Assembly: GCA_045121575.1 (NCBI GenBank)
Contig: JBGVGH010000047.1
Span: forward strand, 940-64,939
Source of the DNA: Faecousia sp.
GTDB taxonomy: Bacteria; Bacillota; Clostridia; Oscillospirales; Oscillospiraceae
Length of the DNA: 64,000 nt
Direction of reading: 5' to 3'
The notes under the pieces were generated by a model. The model worked only from the letters and a program-made list of their open reading frames with translations, searched no databases and was not told where the DNA came from. The first letter of the stretch is position 1, and every line of letters starts with the position of its first letter. The position numbers and the translations under genes are program-made. Positions 19,100-28,036 of the stretch are shown here, piece by piece.

Positions 19100-19630
19100 A
19101 TGGCCGATGCTGCAAAGTGGTATGTTGTGCATACCTATTCCGGTTACGAAAACACTGTAAAGGCCACCATCGAAAAGACCGTGGAAAGCCGCCATCTGCA
19201 GGATCAGATTCTGGCTGTTTCCATTCCTCTGGAGACCGTCACCGAAATCACCGAGTCCAGCGTCAGCAAGACTTACGACCGCAAGGTGTATCCCGGTTAT
19301 GTGCTGGTTAAGATGGTTTACAGCGATGATACCTGGCATGTCATTCGGAATGTCCGCGGTGTGACCGGCTTCGTGGGCTCTTCCAGCAACGACCCCACTC
19401 CCCTGACCGAGGAGGAAGTTTACGCCATGGGCGTTGAGAAGAAGGAAATCATCGTCAATTACATTGTTGGCGATACCGTCCGCATTCTCGACGGTCCGCT
19501 CAGCGGCTTCACCGGCAGAGTGGAGGCCATCGAGGTCGACAAAAATCTGGTCAGCGTGGTTGTTTCCATGTTTGGCCGCGAGACCCCCGTCGAGTTTGAA
19601 CTCGATCAGGTAGAGGTCATTTCCCAGTAA
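19100..19630 (+). CDS. nusG: Transcription termination/antitermination factor NusG
   Basis: [17 protein letters not shown] domain and a C-terminal KOW motif ([18 protein letters not shown]). Confidence 0.95.
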   Translation: MADAAKWYVVHTYSGYENTVKATIEKTVESRHLQDQILAVSIPLETVTEITESSVSKTYDRKVYPGYVLVKMVYSDDTWHVIRNVRGVTGFVGSSSNDPTPLTEEEVYAMGVEKKEIIVNYIVGDTVRILDGPLSGFTGRVEAIEVDKNLVSVVVSMFGRETPVEFELDQVEVISQ

Positions 19631-19734
19631 ACGCATCGGGTCGGAATTCTGTCCGGCCGGAACGTGGGAGGGGTAATACCCCGAAAAATTGCGCATCGCG
19701 CATTACACCACAATATATTCAGGAGGTGCTTATC

Positions 19735-20160
19735 ATGGCACAGAAAGTCACTGGCATTATCAAGCTTCAGATTAACGCCGCTAAGGCTACCGCTTCTCCC
19801 CCTGTCGGTCCTGCTCTGGGTCAGCACGGTGTCAACATCGCTGCTTTCATCAAGGAGTTCAACGCTCGTACCCAGGCTATGGAAGGCTACAAGATCCCCG
19901 TCGTTATCACCGTTTACGCTGACCGCAGCTTCACCTTCATCACCAAGACCCCTCCGACTCCCCTGCTGGTTCTGAAGGCCGCAGGCCTGCAGAGCGGCTC
20001 CGGTGTCCCCAACAAGACCAAGGTTGGCTCCCTGACCGCTGCTCAGGTCACCGAGATCGCTAAGACCAAGCTGCCCGACCTGAATGTCAACTCTCTGGAA
20101 GCTGCCGAGAGCCAGGTCCGTGGCACCTGCCGCTCCATGGGCGTCACCGTCATCGACTGA
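19735..20160 (+). CDS. rplK: 50S ribosomal protein L11
   Basis: [43 protein letters not shown]. Confidence 0.95.
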   Translation: MAQKVTGIIKLQINAAKATASPPVGPALGQHGVNIAAFIKEFNARTQAMEGYKIPVVITVYADRSFTFITKTPPTPLLVLKAAGLQSGSGVPNKTKVGSLTAAQVTEIAKTKLPDLNVNSLEAAESQVRGTCRSMGVTVID

Positions 20161-20240
20161 TATTTGTCTGTCCGGGAAAAGGAATCCCGGAAATGTGGGA
20201 GGATTATTCCGCATCACCACTATATAGGAGGATTATTTAA

Positions 20241-20933
20241 GTGTTTAGAGGTAAAAAGTATCAGCAGAGCGCGAAACTGATCGACCGCTCTGTTCAGTAT
20301 GATCCCGCCGAAGCCCTGGACCTGGTTGTGAAGGGTGCTTCCGCCAAGTTCGACGAGACCGTCGAGCTGCACATCAAGTTGGGCGTTGACTCCCGTCACG
20401 CTGACCAGCAGGTTCGTGGCGCTGTCGTCCTGCCCCACGGCACCGGCCGCACCATGCGCGTTCTGGTTTTCGCCAAGGATGCCAAGGTGGACGAGGCTAA
20501 GGCTGCCGGCGCTGACTATGTCGGCGGCATGGAGCTGGTGGAGAAAATCACCAAGGAGAACTGGTTCGAGTTCGATGTGGTCGTCGCTTCCCCCGACATG
20601 ATGGGCGTTGTTGGCCGTCTGGGTAAGGTTCTGGGCCCCAAGGGTCTGATGCCCTCCCCCAAGGCTGGCACCGTCACCCCCAATGTTGGCGCTGCTGTCA
20701 CCGAAATCAAGGCTGGTAAGGTCGAGTACCGTCTGGACAAGACCAACATCATCCACTGCCCCATCGGCAAGGTTTCCTTCGGCACCGAGAAGCTGACCGA
20801 GAACATGGATACCCTGATTCAGGCTGTTGTGAAGGCCAAGCCCGCCGCAGCCAAGGGCCAGTATATCCGCTCCTGCACCGTGGTTTCCACCATGGGCCCC
20901 GGCGTCAAGGTTTCTACCGCCAAGTATCTGTAA
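20241..20933 (+). CDS. rplA: 50S ribosomal protein L1
   Basis: [22 protein letters not shown]...[24 protein letters not shown] start after AGGAGG. Confidence 0.95.
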   Translation: MFRGKKYQQSAKLIDRSVQYDPAEALDLVVKGASAKFDETVELHIKLGVDSRHADQQVRGAVVLPHGTGRTMRVLVFAKDAKVDEAKAAGADYVGGMELVEKITKENWFEFDVVVASPDMMGVVGRLGKVLGPKGLMPSPKAGTVTPNVGAAVTEIKAGKVEYRLDKTNIIHCPIGKVSFGTEKLTENMDTLIQAVVKAKPAAAKGQYIRSCTVVSTMGPGVKVSTAKYL

Positions 20934-20946
20934 GGATAACGAAATT

Positions 20947-20980
20947 CCCCGGAAGCAACTGCTTCCGGGGATTCTTTTTT
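20947..20980. terminator. Terminator between convergent rplA and the accessory paralog gene
   Basis: ccccggaagc aact gcttccgggg followed by attctttttt. Confidence 0.7.
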
Positions 20981-21461
20981 ACTTGATGCCGAAAAATTCC
21001 TTCAGCTCTGCCGTGGTATATTCCCCATTGCTGCTGGCAACAAAATGGTCATGGTTTCCCCATAGCGTAAAATGCCAGCACTCAAAATCCGGGCTGAAAT
21101 CCAGACCTCCAAAGTATTCCCAACGCTCGTTAACTTCCACAAAAATCGAAATCTGATAATATCTCACTTTTTCCCACTTGGTGACCAGGCCTTTAACCTT
21201 GGAGGACGCATCCCGAACAAGTCCAATGTAGGAATATTCATCAAAGGGTTTGATGGTAATATCCATTCTATCTTTGCGGAACAGGTAATCGAGATAATGT
21301 CCCCGAATGACAATCTCTGCCGTTCCCACTTCGTTCCCATCGTCATCCAGTTTCACTGCATGAAGTGTCTGGGATACATCTGTTTTCCGGGGCAGCAAAC
21401 ACAGGCACGCGGCCGCTACCAAAAGGGCAATAATCCCAAGCGCCAAAATTTTTCGTTTCAT
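20979..21461 (-). CDS. Signal-anchored protein, divergent member (P3) of a local paralog family
   Basis: GGAGGA RBS and N-terminal hydrophobic segment. Shares the D(G/D)G...V.(L/I).(V/I)RG and (V/A)A(S/T)(S/T/N)...(E/D)L...F landmarks with the two genes upstream. Confidence 0.6.
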   Translation of the reverse strand: MKRKILALGIIALLVAAACLCLLPRKTDVSQTLHAVKLDDDGNEVGTAEIVIRGHYLDYLFRKDRMDITIKPFDEYSYIGLVRDASSKVKGLVTKWEKVRYYQISIFVEVNERWEYFGGLDFSPDFECWHFTLWGNHDHFVASSNGEYTTAELKEFFGIK

Positions 21462-21485
21462 ATCATTTCCTCCGAAGCACTGTCT

Positions 21486-22007
21486 TTACTCCCATCCGAA
21501 GTCAACATGCTGAACAGATTCATACAGCGCCGCCAAGTCTGCGTTGGGGTCAGTGGAGGCAATTACGATGCGCTCATTTTCGCCCCAAGCAAAGACAGCA
21601 AGCTCCTTTTCCGGGAACACCCAGTAGCGATAGGTGACCGGTTTGTTTTCCTCCGGGTCATAATCCGTGCCGCTAAACAGCAGATATACAGATTCCCCCT
21701 TACCGTCATCTTCCAGCGGATAGGAATGGCATGTTGTCAGTTTACCGTCCCGGTATTGGAAATTCTCCGGCCACTCAACGGCAATCTCCGCCTCCACGCC
21801 CTGCCCGGCTGTCAACTGCGCCGGATATGCGCCACGCACGGAAAGAGAAACCTGATTCCCCAGGCTGCCATCTGCCGAAATCCAGGCACCGTAGAGCTGC
21901 CACTCAATTTTTTCCTTCTGCACCTTTTCTCCGCAACCAGACACTCCCACCAGAAGCAATACCGCCGCCAGAACAGCCATTACAATTCGATGATATTTCT
22001 TTCGCAT
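21486..22007 (-). CDS. Putative lipoprotein, paralog family member P1
   Basis: Lipobox LLVGVSGC. WISADGSL..VSLSVRG and ASTDPNADLAALYES motifs. Start placed at the ATG 6 nt after AAAGGAG. Confidence 0.6.
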   Translation of the reverse strand: MRKKYHRIVMAVLAAVLLLVGVSGCGEKVQKEKIEWQLYGAWISADGSLGNQVSLSVRGAYPAQLTAGQGVEAEIAVEWPENFQYRDGKLTTCHSYPLEDDGKGESVYLLFSGTDYDPEENKPVTYRYWVFPEKELAVFAWGENERIVIASTDPNADLAALYESVQHVDFGWE

Positions 22008-22025
22008 AGTCATCTCCTTTCATCC

Positions 22026-22146
22026 TCCCTATCTTTACTTCCATCCGAAGTTAACATGCTGAACAGATTCATACAATGCCGCCAGGTCTGCATTGGGGTC
22101 GGTAGATGCCACAAATTTCCCCTCACTCCAGAGGAAAATAAACGCA
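22026..22146 (-). pseudogene. 3' remnant of a fourth paralog (C-terminal ~36 codons only)
   Basis: Minus-strand translation ..FIFLWSEGKFVASTDPNADLAALYESVQHVNFGWK* nearly duplicates the C-terminus of P1. The DNA at 22031-22110 closely matches 21484-21560. It has no start codon or N-terminal part. Confidence 0.7.
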
Positions 22147-22148
22147 GC

Positions 22149-22661
22149 TTAGTCAAATGCAAAAACCTGCATAAACAGTTCAAAATGCTTCAAAATATCT
22201 GTCGGATCTACATCGGGATTCGTTGCCGCGACAAGGTATTCATCGGTATTGTTCTCCCAGAACAGAATGAGATACTCTTCTTCCAGGTCAATCGCATGCG
22301 ACGCCATTACACCGTATTTCATTCTTTCATCAGCATCAAGCGAACGCACACCATAATAGCTGACACCCAACAACCTCTGCACACAACTAGCAAGGCCGTC
22401 GGAGTCAGGCCAAGTCGTATATGGCCCTTCCGGCAAGTTGTATTCCAGCCACAGTCGGGGGTCTTCGCCTTTTTTCGCCTTGCTTACAGAGCCTCTTACA
22501 GTCAGTTTTACCTTTTCCCTTACCGTCCCATCGGCGGAAACCCAGTACCCCTGCATTGTCCAGTCAAAAGACCGCTTTCTATTCACAAGGAAAACCGTTA
22601 CCGCCACAGCTATAACCAGCAAGCAACATGCCACTATGATAATCCATCGTCTTCTGTTCAT
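22149..22661 (-). CDS. Signal-anchored protein, paralog family member P2
   Basis: TM IIIVACCLLVIAVAVTVFLV. WVSADGTV..VKLTVRG and AATNPDVDPTDILKHF motifs. An alternative start at 22670 is possible. Confidence 0.6.
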   Translation of the reverse strand: MNRRRWIIIVACCLLVIAVAVTVFLVNRKRSFDWTMQGYWVSADGTVREKVKLTVRGSVSKAKKGEDPRLWLEYNLPEGPYTTWPDSDGLASCVQRLLGVSYYGVRSLDADERMKYGVMASHAIDLEEEYLILFWENNTDEYLVAATNPDVDPTDILKHFELFMQVFAFD

Positions 22662-22674
22662 GAAACGCATCCTT

Positions 22675-23775
22675 TCAAGAATCTATTTGCACCTTTGAAA
22701 TCGGTGGGCTGTAATGCGTAAACAAATATTCTGAACCTGGCTGAAGCGTCAAATCATCTTGTCCGAGATAAAACTTTACATCAACGCGGTCATGGGGAAT
22801 ATTGGCACCGTGTACCATTGCGGAAACCGCATCATAAAGGCGCTTGTTTATATCAAAATAATCCGCCGAATAGATTGTGTTTTTTATAGTATCTCCTTGA
22901 ACTATGTCGAAAAAGTTCGTAGATTCATTCAATACCGCCCCGCTTGTGTATGCTGTAATATTTGCATATTCTGAGCATTGAGCACCGCACCAGTAACCTT
23001 TATCTCTCCAATAAACCTGGATAAACTGGCGATTCCAGGTAGTATATGCAAAGACATTCATTGCACCTGGCGATAGATGAATCACGCCGTCGTCCGTTAC
23101 AAGCTTAGCCAAAAGCGATGCAATAGATGCGTAGGGACCTTGCGCCAGATTATCAAGCACTGTTAGCAGGCAAAATTCTGCCAGTTCTTTCCATGTCTTA
23201 TGTGCCAATCCCATTTCACCCAATGTACTCTCCGTCCGATCACTCCATCCACCTTCCGCGGAGGTAACTGTAATAAAACGAACATCATAAGTAACCCCAT
23301 TATAAGTATATGTAGCCGGATAAGCGCCTGTATCATCAGGTTGCCCCAACTCAATTTCGGGAGAAATGGTAGAAGCCGGTTGAACACCATCATCGGGGGT
23401 TGCGTCGGATTCCGTTCCCTCAATCACCACGATATACGAGCCATTTTCCTGCATTCCCATAGCACCAAAATCGGTTTTTAATTCCTTTTCAAGAGCTTCA
23501 TAGCTCTCTGCTGTAACATTGTATGCTGTATATCCGGCGGCGTTCAGCGCGTCCACGGTTTCCTGTTCCAGGGTCTTTGTGTTGCTCTGGCGCGAGCGGC
23601 TGGAGGCAGGGGCAACTTCTCCCTGCTGCTGTGCGGCAAAAGCTTTTGCGTGATACTCGCTCAGAATTTCCTCCACTGTAGGCTGCGCAGACGGTTCGTC
23701 AGCGGCTACGGCAGAAGGAAAGGATGCCAGCATGGCAAAACTAAGGGCAAGTGCGGTCAGTTTTCTTTTCAACAT
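22675..23775 (-). CDS. Secreted protein of unknown function (Sec signal peptide, AVA-AD cleavage-like site)
   Basis: AAAGGAG RBS. MLKRKLTALALSFAMLASFPSAVAADEPS signal peptide. I recognise no family. Confidence 0.6.
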   Translation of the reverse strand: MLKRKLTALALSFAMLASFPSAVAADEPSAQPTVEEILSEYHAKAFAAQQQGEVAPASSRSRQSNTKTLEQETVDALNAAGYTAYNVTAESYEALEKELKTDFGAMGMQENGSYIVVIEGTESDATPDDGVQPASTISPEIELGQPDDTGAYPATYTYNGVTYDVRFITVTSAEGGWSDRTESTLGEMGLAHKTWKELAEFCLLTVLDNLAQGPYASIASLLAKLVTDDGVIHLSPGAMNVFAYTTWNRQFIQVYWRDKGYWCGAQCSEYANITAYTSGAVLNESTNFFDIVQGDTIKNTIYSADYFDINKRLYDAVSAMVHGANIPHDRVDVKFYLGQDDLTLQPGSEYLFTHYSPPISKVQIDS

Positions 23776-24119
23776 GTTGTTACTCCTTTCAGTTTTTGGG
23801 GTAGTCGTTGGCTTTTGAAATTTTTACGGTACGCTCCTTCCCAATTTATTTTGTATAGTATATCATACCTTCCTTTTCCCGGCTATTGGAGGAAATTCCA
23901 GATTTTCCCATGGAAATCCCCGCCTTTTCCCCGCTCCTTTGGAACTTATTCCAAAGTTTTTTCGTTTTGCAAAATAATGTTTGCCCTTTCTTCGCCGCTG
24001 TGATAAACTATCCTTTGGTGGGTTTGGCATTAAAAGAAGCCATCCGCCCTTTGCAGAAAAGGTGATTCCTCTTTTTGTTGGAAATTCACAACAAAATCCA
24101 ATTTTCCTCAAAATAATGC

Positions 24120-24148
24120 TTGACAAATATGCGCACCTGTGATAGAAT
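24120..24148 (+). promoter_or_regulatory. rplJL promoter
   Basis: TTGACA, 17-nt spacer, TAGAAT with an extended TG. Confidence 0.7.
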
Positions 24149-24149
24149 G

Positions 24150-24278
24150 CATCTGTTGCCAAAGACAGCAGGTTTCGGAAGATGTAATTCCTGCCGAGGT
24201 GCGCCTACAATTTGATTGTTTGCGTGTCTTTCTGTCTTTCTGGCAGAAGGACATTTTTATTTTTCGGAGGTGAAAATT
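24150..24278 (+). promoter_or_regulatory. Candidate ribosomal protein L10 leader with an attenuator hairpin
   Basis: ~130-nt untranslated leader between the promoter and rplJ. Hairpin tgtctttctg...cagaaggaca is followed by ttttatttttc just before the RBS. L10(L12)4 autoregulatory leaders are known at this position in Firmicutes. Confidence 0.5.
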
Positions 24279-24806
24279 ATGCCCAACGCAAAGGTTCTTG
24301 AGAGCAAGAAGGCAGTCGTTGAATCCCTGACCGGCAAAATCCAGGAAGCTACTTCCGTGGTCTTCGTCGATTACAAGGGCATCACTGTTGCTCAGGACAC
24401 CGAACTGCGTAAGCAGTTCCGCGAAGCTGGCGTGGAGTACACCGTCGTTAAGAACACCCTGACCAATTTCGCCACTAAGAATTGTGGCTACGATTTCTCT
24501 AAGGTTCTGAACGGTACCACCGCAATGGCTTCCACCACCGGCGACCCCATCGCCCCTGCTCGCATCGTCTGCGAGTTCGTCAAGAAGAACAAGCTGAAGA
24601 CCCTGAACATCAAGGGCGGCATCGTGGAAGGCTCTGTCCTGTCCGCCGACCAGCTCAGCGGCTTCGGTGAGCTGCCCAGCAAGAATGCTCTGGTGGCTTC
24701 CGTGCTTGGTACCTTCCTGGCACCCATTTCCAGCCTGGCCTTCGTCCTGGATCAGATCCGGATGCAGAAGGACGGCTCCGCTCCTGCCGCAGAAGCAGAA
24801 GCCTAA
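24279..24806 (+). CDS. rplJ: 50S ribosomal protein L10
   Basis: MPNAKVLESKKAVVESLTGKIQEATSVVFVDYKGITVAQDTELR. GGAGGTG RBS. Confidence 0.95.
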   Translation: MPNAKVLESKKAVVESLTGKIQEATSVVFVDYKGITVAQDTELRKQFREAGVEYTVVKNTLTNFATKNCGYDFSKVLNGTTAMASTTGDPIAPARIVCEFVKKNKLKTLNIKGGIVEGSVLSADQLSGFGELPSKNALVASVLGTFLAPISSLAFVLDQIRMQKDGSAPAAEAEA

Positions 24807-24864
24807 TCGCACTCCCCTTTCATTCTTAAATTAAACACAAACACACATTAGGAGGATTATTAAA

Positions 24865-25239
24865 ATGGCTAGTGAAAAGATCACTGCTCTGGTTGAGCAG
24901 GTTAAGGAACTGACCGTCCTGGAGCTGTCCGAACTGGTCCACACCCTGGAAGAGGTTTTCGGTGTTTCCGCCGCTGCCGCCGCTGTTGCCGCTCCCGCTG
25001 CTTCCGCTGCTGCTGAGGTCGAGGAGAAGACCGAGTTCGATGTCATCCTGAAGAACGCCGGCGCTTCCAAGCTGAACGTCATCAAGGTTGTCCGTGCCGC
25101 TACCGGCCTGGGCCTGAAGGAAGCTAAGGAGATCGTTGACAACGCTCCCAAGACCCTGAAGGAAGCCATCTCTAAGGAAGACGCTGAGAAGCTGGTCGCT
25201 GAGCTGAAGGAAGCTGGCGCTGAGGCTGAGATTAAGTAA
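24865..25239 (+). CDS. rplL: 50S ribosomal protein L7/L12
   Basis: Ala-rich hinge, then [24 protein letters not shown]. Confidence 0.95.
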   Translation: MASEKITALVEQVKELTVLELSELVHTLEEVFGVSAAAAAVAAPAASAAAEVEEKTEFDVILKNAGASKLNVIKVVRAATGLGLKEAKEIVDNAPKTLKEAISKEDAEKLVAELKEAGAEAEIK

Positions 25240-25267
25240 TTTAATCTTCGTTTTCTATCGACTGAAA

Positions 25268-25295
25268 CAGCCGCCAGTAATGGCGGCTGTTTTTG
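25268..25295 (+). terminator. Terminator after rplL
   Basis: cagccgcca gtaa tggcggctg followed by tttttg. Confidence 0.75.
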
Positions 25296-25314
25296 CTTTC
25301 AAAAGGAGGTTTTC

Positions 25315-26130
25315 ATGGAAAAAATCAACGAATTGTTCGCTGCCTTGCAGGATAAAGTCAGCACCATCATCGACTATGCCATTGTTTTCGGCATTCTCGT
25401 GGTCGCCTTTCTGCTGCTTGGCTCCATGTTCCGCTTTCTCTTTGGCAAAAAGGCACAAATCGGCAAGGCAATCACCTCTGCCATGGAGATTCTGTGCCTT
25501 TACATGGTCTGTATCGTGATTTACAGCTTCGGGTTGCACTGGGAGCTGTTCGTCAATCCCCTGCCCTTCATGACTTTGGACGGGGATGTGCTGCGGCTGT
25601 TCCCCATTCTGGACGCTTCCTTTTCCCAAATCTGCACCCAGGTGCTGCAGCTGCTGATTCTGGCCTTCCTGGTGAATCTGATGAATTCCATCATTCCCGA
25701 GGGCAAGAAGTTGCTGCCGTGGCTGCTGTGGCGCATTGTCACCGTGGCGCTGGCGCTGGGCGTCAACTATGCGACCGACGGGCTGCTGAACCAGTGGCTG
25801 CCGGAAGGACTGGCTTCCATTGCCCCCATCGTGCTGATTGCGGTGCTGGTGGTTCTGATTCTGCTGGGCAGCATGAAAGTCCTGGTGGGCGCGGCGCTGA
25901 CCATTGCCAACCCCGTCATCGGGGTGCTGTACACCTTCTTCTTCTCCAACTTCATCGGCCGGGCTCTGGCCCGCTCCATTCTCAGCACCGCGCTGATTAC
26001 AGGCCTTGTGGTTCTGCTGAACTCCATGAACCTGGTCGCCATTTCCATCACCACCGCCAGCTTGATTGCATCCATTCCCTTTTTGCTGCTTCTGGTGCTG
26101 CTGTGGTATGTGGTTGACCGCATTGTTTAA
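25315..26130 (+). CDS. Multi-pass membrane protein, unknown function
   Basis: GGAGG RBS. 271 aa with about 7 hydrophobic segments. Confidence 0.6.
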   Translation: MEKINELFAALQDKVSTIIDYAIVFGILVVAFLLLGSMFRFLFGKKAQIGKAITSAMEILCLYMVCIVIYSFGLHWELFVNPLPFMTLDGDVLRLFPILDASFSQICTQVLQLLILAFLVNLMNSIIPEGKKLLPWLLWRIVTVALALGVNYATDGLLNQWLPEGLASIAPIVLIAVLVVLILLGSMKVLVGAALTIANPVIGVLYTFFFSNFIGRALARSILSTALITGLVVLLNSMNLVAISITTASLIASIPFLLLLVLLWYVVDRIV

Positions 26131-26151
26131 AAATAGCCGCCGCAGTTTTAT

Positions 26152-26469
26152 GTGGATGAAGATAAAACAGCGGCTGTCAGCACCTTTATTGAGAAACCAC
26201 AGGATATTATTATCCAAGTGATTCCTTTTGAGGGGCGGTATATCTCACTCGATGGACATACCCGTTTGTATTATGCGGTTATGAAGGGGTGGGATTCTGT
26301 CCGTGCCGTGATCGAATCCTCTGACGATTGGGTATACCGGTTTGTAGAGGAAGCGACGAAACGGAATATCCTTGCACCCAAAGATATGGAGCTTGTCAGC
26401 CATGACGAGTACGAGGAAAAATGGAATCGCTTTTGTGATGATTTCTTTGCAAGCGAGGGAGATATATAA
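26152..26469 (+). CDS. Small protein with a ParB/Srx-like DGHTR motif, unknown function
   Basis: YISLDGHTRLYYAVMKGWDSVRAV resembles the ParB-N/sulfiredoxin-fold DGxHR motif. The start codon is uncertain (GTG, no clear RBS). Confidence 0.45.
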   Translation: MDEDKTAAVSTFIEKPQDIIIQVIPFEGRYISLDGHTRLYYAVMKGWDSVRAVIESSDDWVYRFVEEATKRNILAPKDMELVSHDEYEEKWNRFCDDFFASEGDI

Positions 26470-26470
26470 G

Positions 26471-26920
26471 ATGGAAATCAAGCAATATACAAAAGACCGC
26501 ATCCCGGATGTACTGCAATTTGAACGTGATCTTCGAGCCGAGGAAAACTTTTGGGGCTGGGAGATCGACGAAAAGTATATAGCGGATGTGACCAAAAGTT
26601 TTGACGATCCAGCATTTGATAACTCTCTGTCATTACTTGCCTATATGGACGACAAGGTGGTTGGAAGAATCGACTCAAGCATGATCCACAGCCATTTTGA
26701 TGGTTCTACAAAAGCATATTTGGATTGGATCTGCGTTATCAAAAGCTACCGTCATAAGGGCATTGCCCAGGCATTGATGCAGACTTTACGCAAGGAACTG
26801 AAAGAACACGGTGTCGATACACTGATCGGCCTTATCGCTTCCAATGAAGATGCCCAGCGGTTCTATCGCAACCTCCCTAATGCAGAAATCAAGGACGAAG
26901 GCATTTGGATTGACTTGTGA
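26471..26920 (+). CDS. GNAT-family N-acetyltransferase
   Basis: WICVIKSYRHKGIAQALM (R/QxxGxA acetyl-CoA motif). The ATG lies 1 nt after the upstream stop. Confidence 0.8.
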   Translation: MEIKQYTKDRIPDVLQFERDLRAEENFWGWEIDEKYIADVTKSFDDPAFDNSLSLLAYMDDKVVGRIDSSMIHSHFDGSTKAYLDWICVIKSYRHKGIAQALMQTLRKELKEHGVDTLIGLIASNEDAQRFYRNLPNAEIKDEGIWIDL

Positions 26921-26986
26921 TGGAGGACAATAGTGAAGCGGTAGCCTGGTTATCCAGGTTGCCGCTTATGTACAGAAAATACAAAG

Positions 26987-27013
26987 CCCAGTTGAGCGTT
27001 ACACTCAACTGGG
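26987..27013. terminator. Hairpin between convergent GNAT and CobW-like genes
   Basis: cccagttgag cgttaca ctcaactggg, T-rich on both strands. Confidence 0.5.
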
Positions 27014-27091
27014 TCATTGTATTTTGTCATCCTACCCGATTGCGTAATTATCCGTTAAGGACATCACGCTTTTGACTGCGGCGGTTTGTTT

Positions 27092-28027
27092 TTAGAATGT
27101 TGCCACATCCGGCTGGGCAGGCTGGGCCGGCTCCACAGAAATGGCCGTCAGAACCGGGCCAAGCTCCCCTTTGTACAGGCTGTGCTTTTCGGCGGAAATT
27201 TTTGCCGTCACCTGATACCAGGCCCGGGGCTCCACCTGACCCGGGTAGATGCAGGGAACGCCCAGAAACTGAATGTCCTCCACACAGCAGGTCATAACGA
27301 ACCGGCCGGGGGCGAAAATCCCCTTCTTCTCCCGGCGCAGCATGGCCGCCTGACACTTGAAAGAAACGGTTTTGCCGTCGTATTTTTCCGGCTCCTCCGT
27401 CACATCCCGGTACCACAGGGCATAGTCCTCGTCCTTCACCTGAATGACAGGGGCGTTGATGTCAAAGGGCAGTGGGTCCTCTACATCATCATAGGCATTG
27501 GTTCCATCGGTGAAGTCATACATAATGTCCACCCGGCGGTTGGCGGCTCGCACCAGCTTGTGCAGGGGCATGGTGTCCGCCCCCGGCTCCACCCGGTTGA
27601 AAATCACCATCTGCGCGCCCATCAGCTTATCCATCATCAGGTTGCGCATATTATTATTGTATTGCACGAAGGTGGTGGCATCGGCAAACATCACTTCCTG
27701 GGCCACTGCCCAATCCTGGGGGAAGCGGGTATACAGGTCACCCACCAGCTCCATGCCGTTGAGCTCTGCCACCACCCGCTGCGCCTTGTATTTCTTTGCC
27801 AGAGCCTGCATATCTTTGGTGGTGACGGTACGCTGGTCCAGCACCTCCAGATACACATTCTGATGGGGATAGGTGGAGAAATCATACTCCTCCTCCCCTT
27901 CCTCAAACACCAGCAGCAGCGTCCGCTCACCGGCGTTGAAACGCTCATCTTCCAGCGTTTCCTGAATGAATTTGGTCTTGCCGGAATCCAGAAATCCGGT
28001 AAAGACATAGACAGGAATCTGATTCAT
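27092..28027 (-). CDS. G3E/CobW-related P-loop GTPase-like protein (no canonical GCxCC motif seen)
   Basis: N-terminal VFTGFLDSGKTKFI P-loop. Directly downstream of a canonical CobW gene. Confidence 0.6.
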   Translation of the reverse strand: MNQIPVYVFTGFLDSGKTKFIQETLEDERFNAGERTLLLVFEEGEEEYDFSTYPHQNVYLEVLDQRTVTTKDMQALAKKYKAQRVVAELNGMELVGDLYTRFPQDWAVAQEVMFADATTFVQYNNNMRNLMMDKLMGAQMVIFNRVEPGADTMPLHKLVRAANRRVDIMYDFTDGTNAYDDVEDPLPFDINAPVIQVKDEDYALWYRDVTEEPEKYDGKTVSFKCQAAMLRREKKGIFAPGRFVMTCCVEDIQFLGVPCIYPGQVEPRAWYQVTAKISAEKHSLYKGELGPVLTAISVEPAQPAQPDVATF

Positions 28028-28036
28028 AGCTTATCC

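Noticed and set aside
19631-20240. L11/L1 autoregulatory leader structures upstream of rplK and rplA.
   Set aside because: Short hairpins are present (for example gggaaaaggaatcccgg at about 20173-20189), but I cannot match them to the L1-binding mimic from memory, so they are not called.
26152-26920. The small upstream gene plus the GNAT as a GNAT-type toxin/antitoxin pair (TacT/AtaT-like).
   Set aside because: The upstream protein shows a ParB/Srx-like DGHTR motif rather than the RHH/DUF1778 antitoxin pattern, and the GNAT shows no feature I can tie to tRNA-acetylating toxins. It is kept only as a low-interest note.
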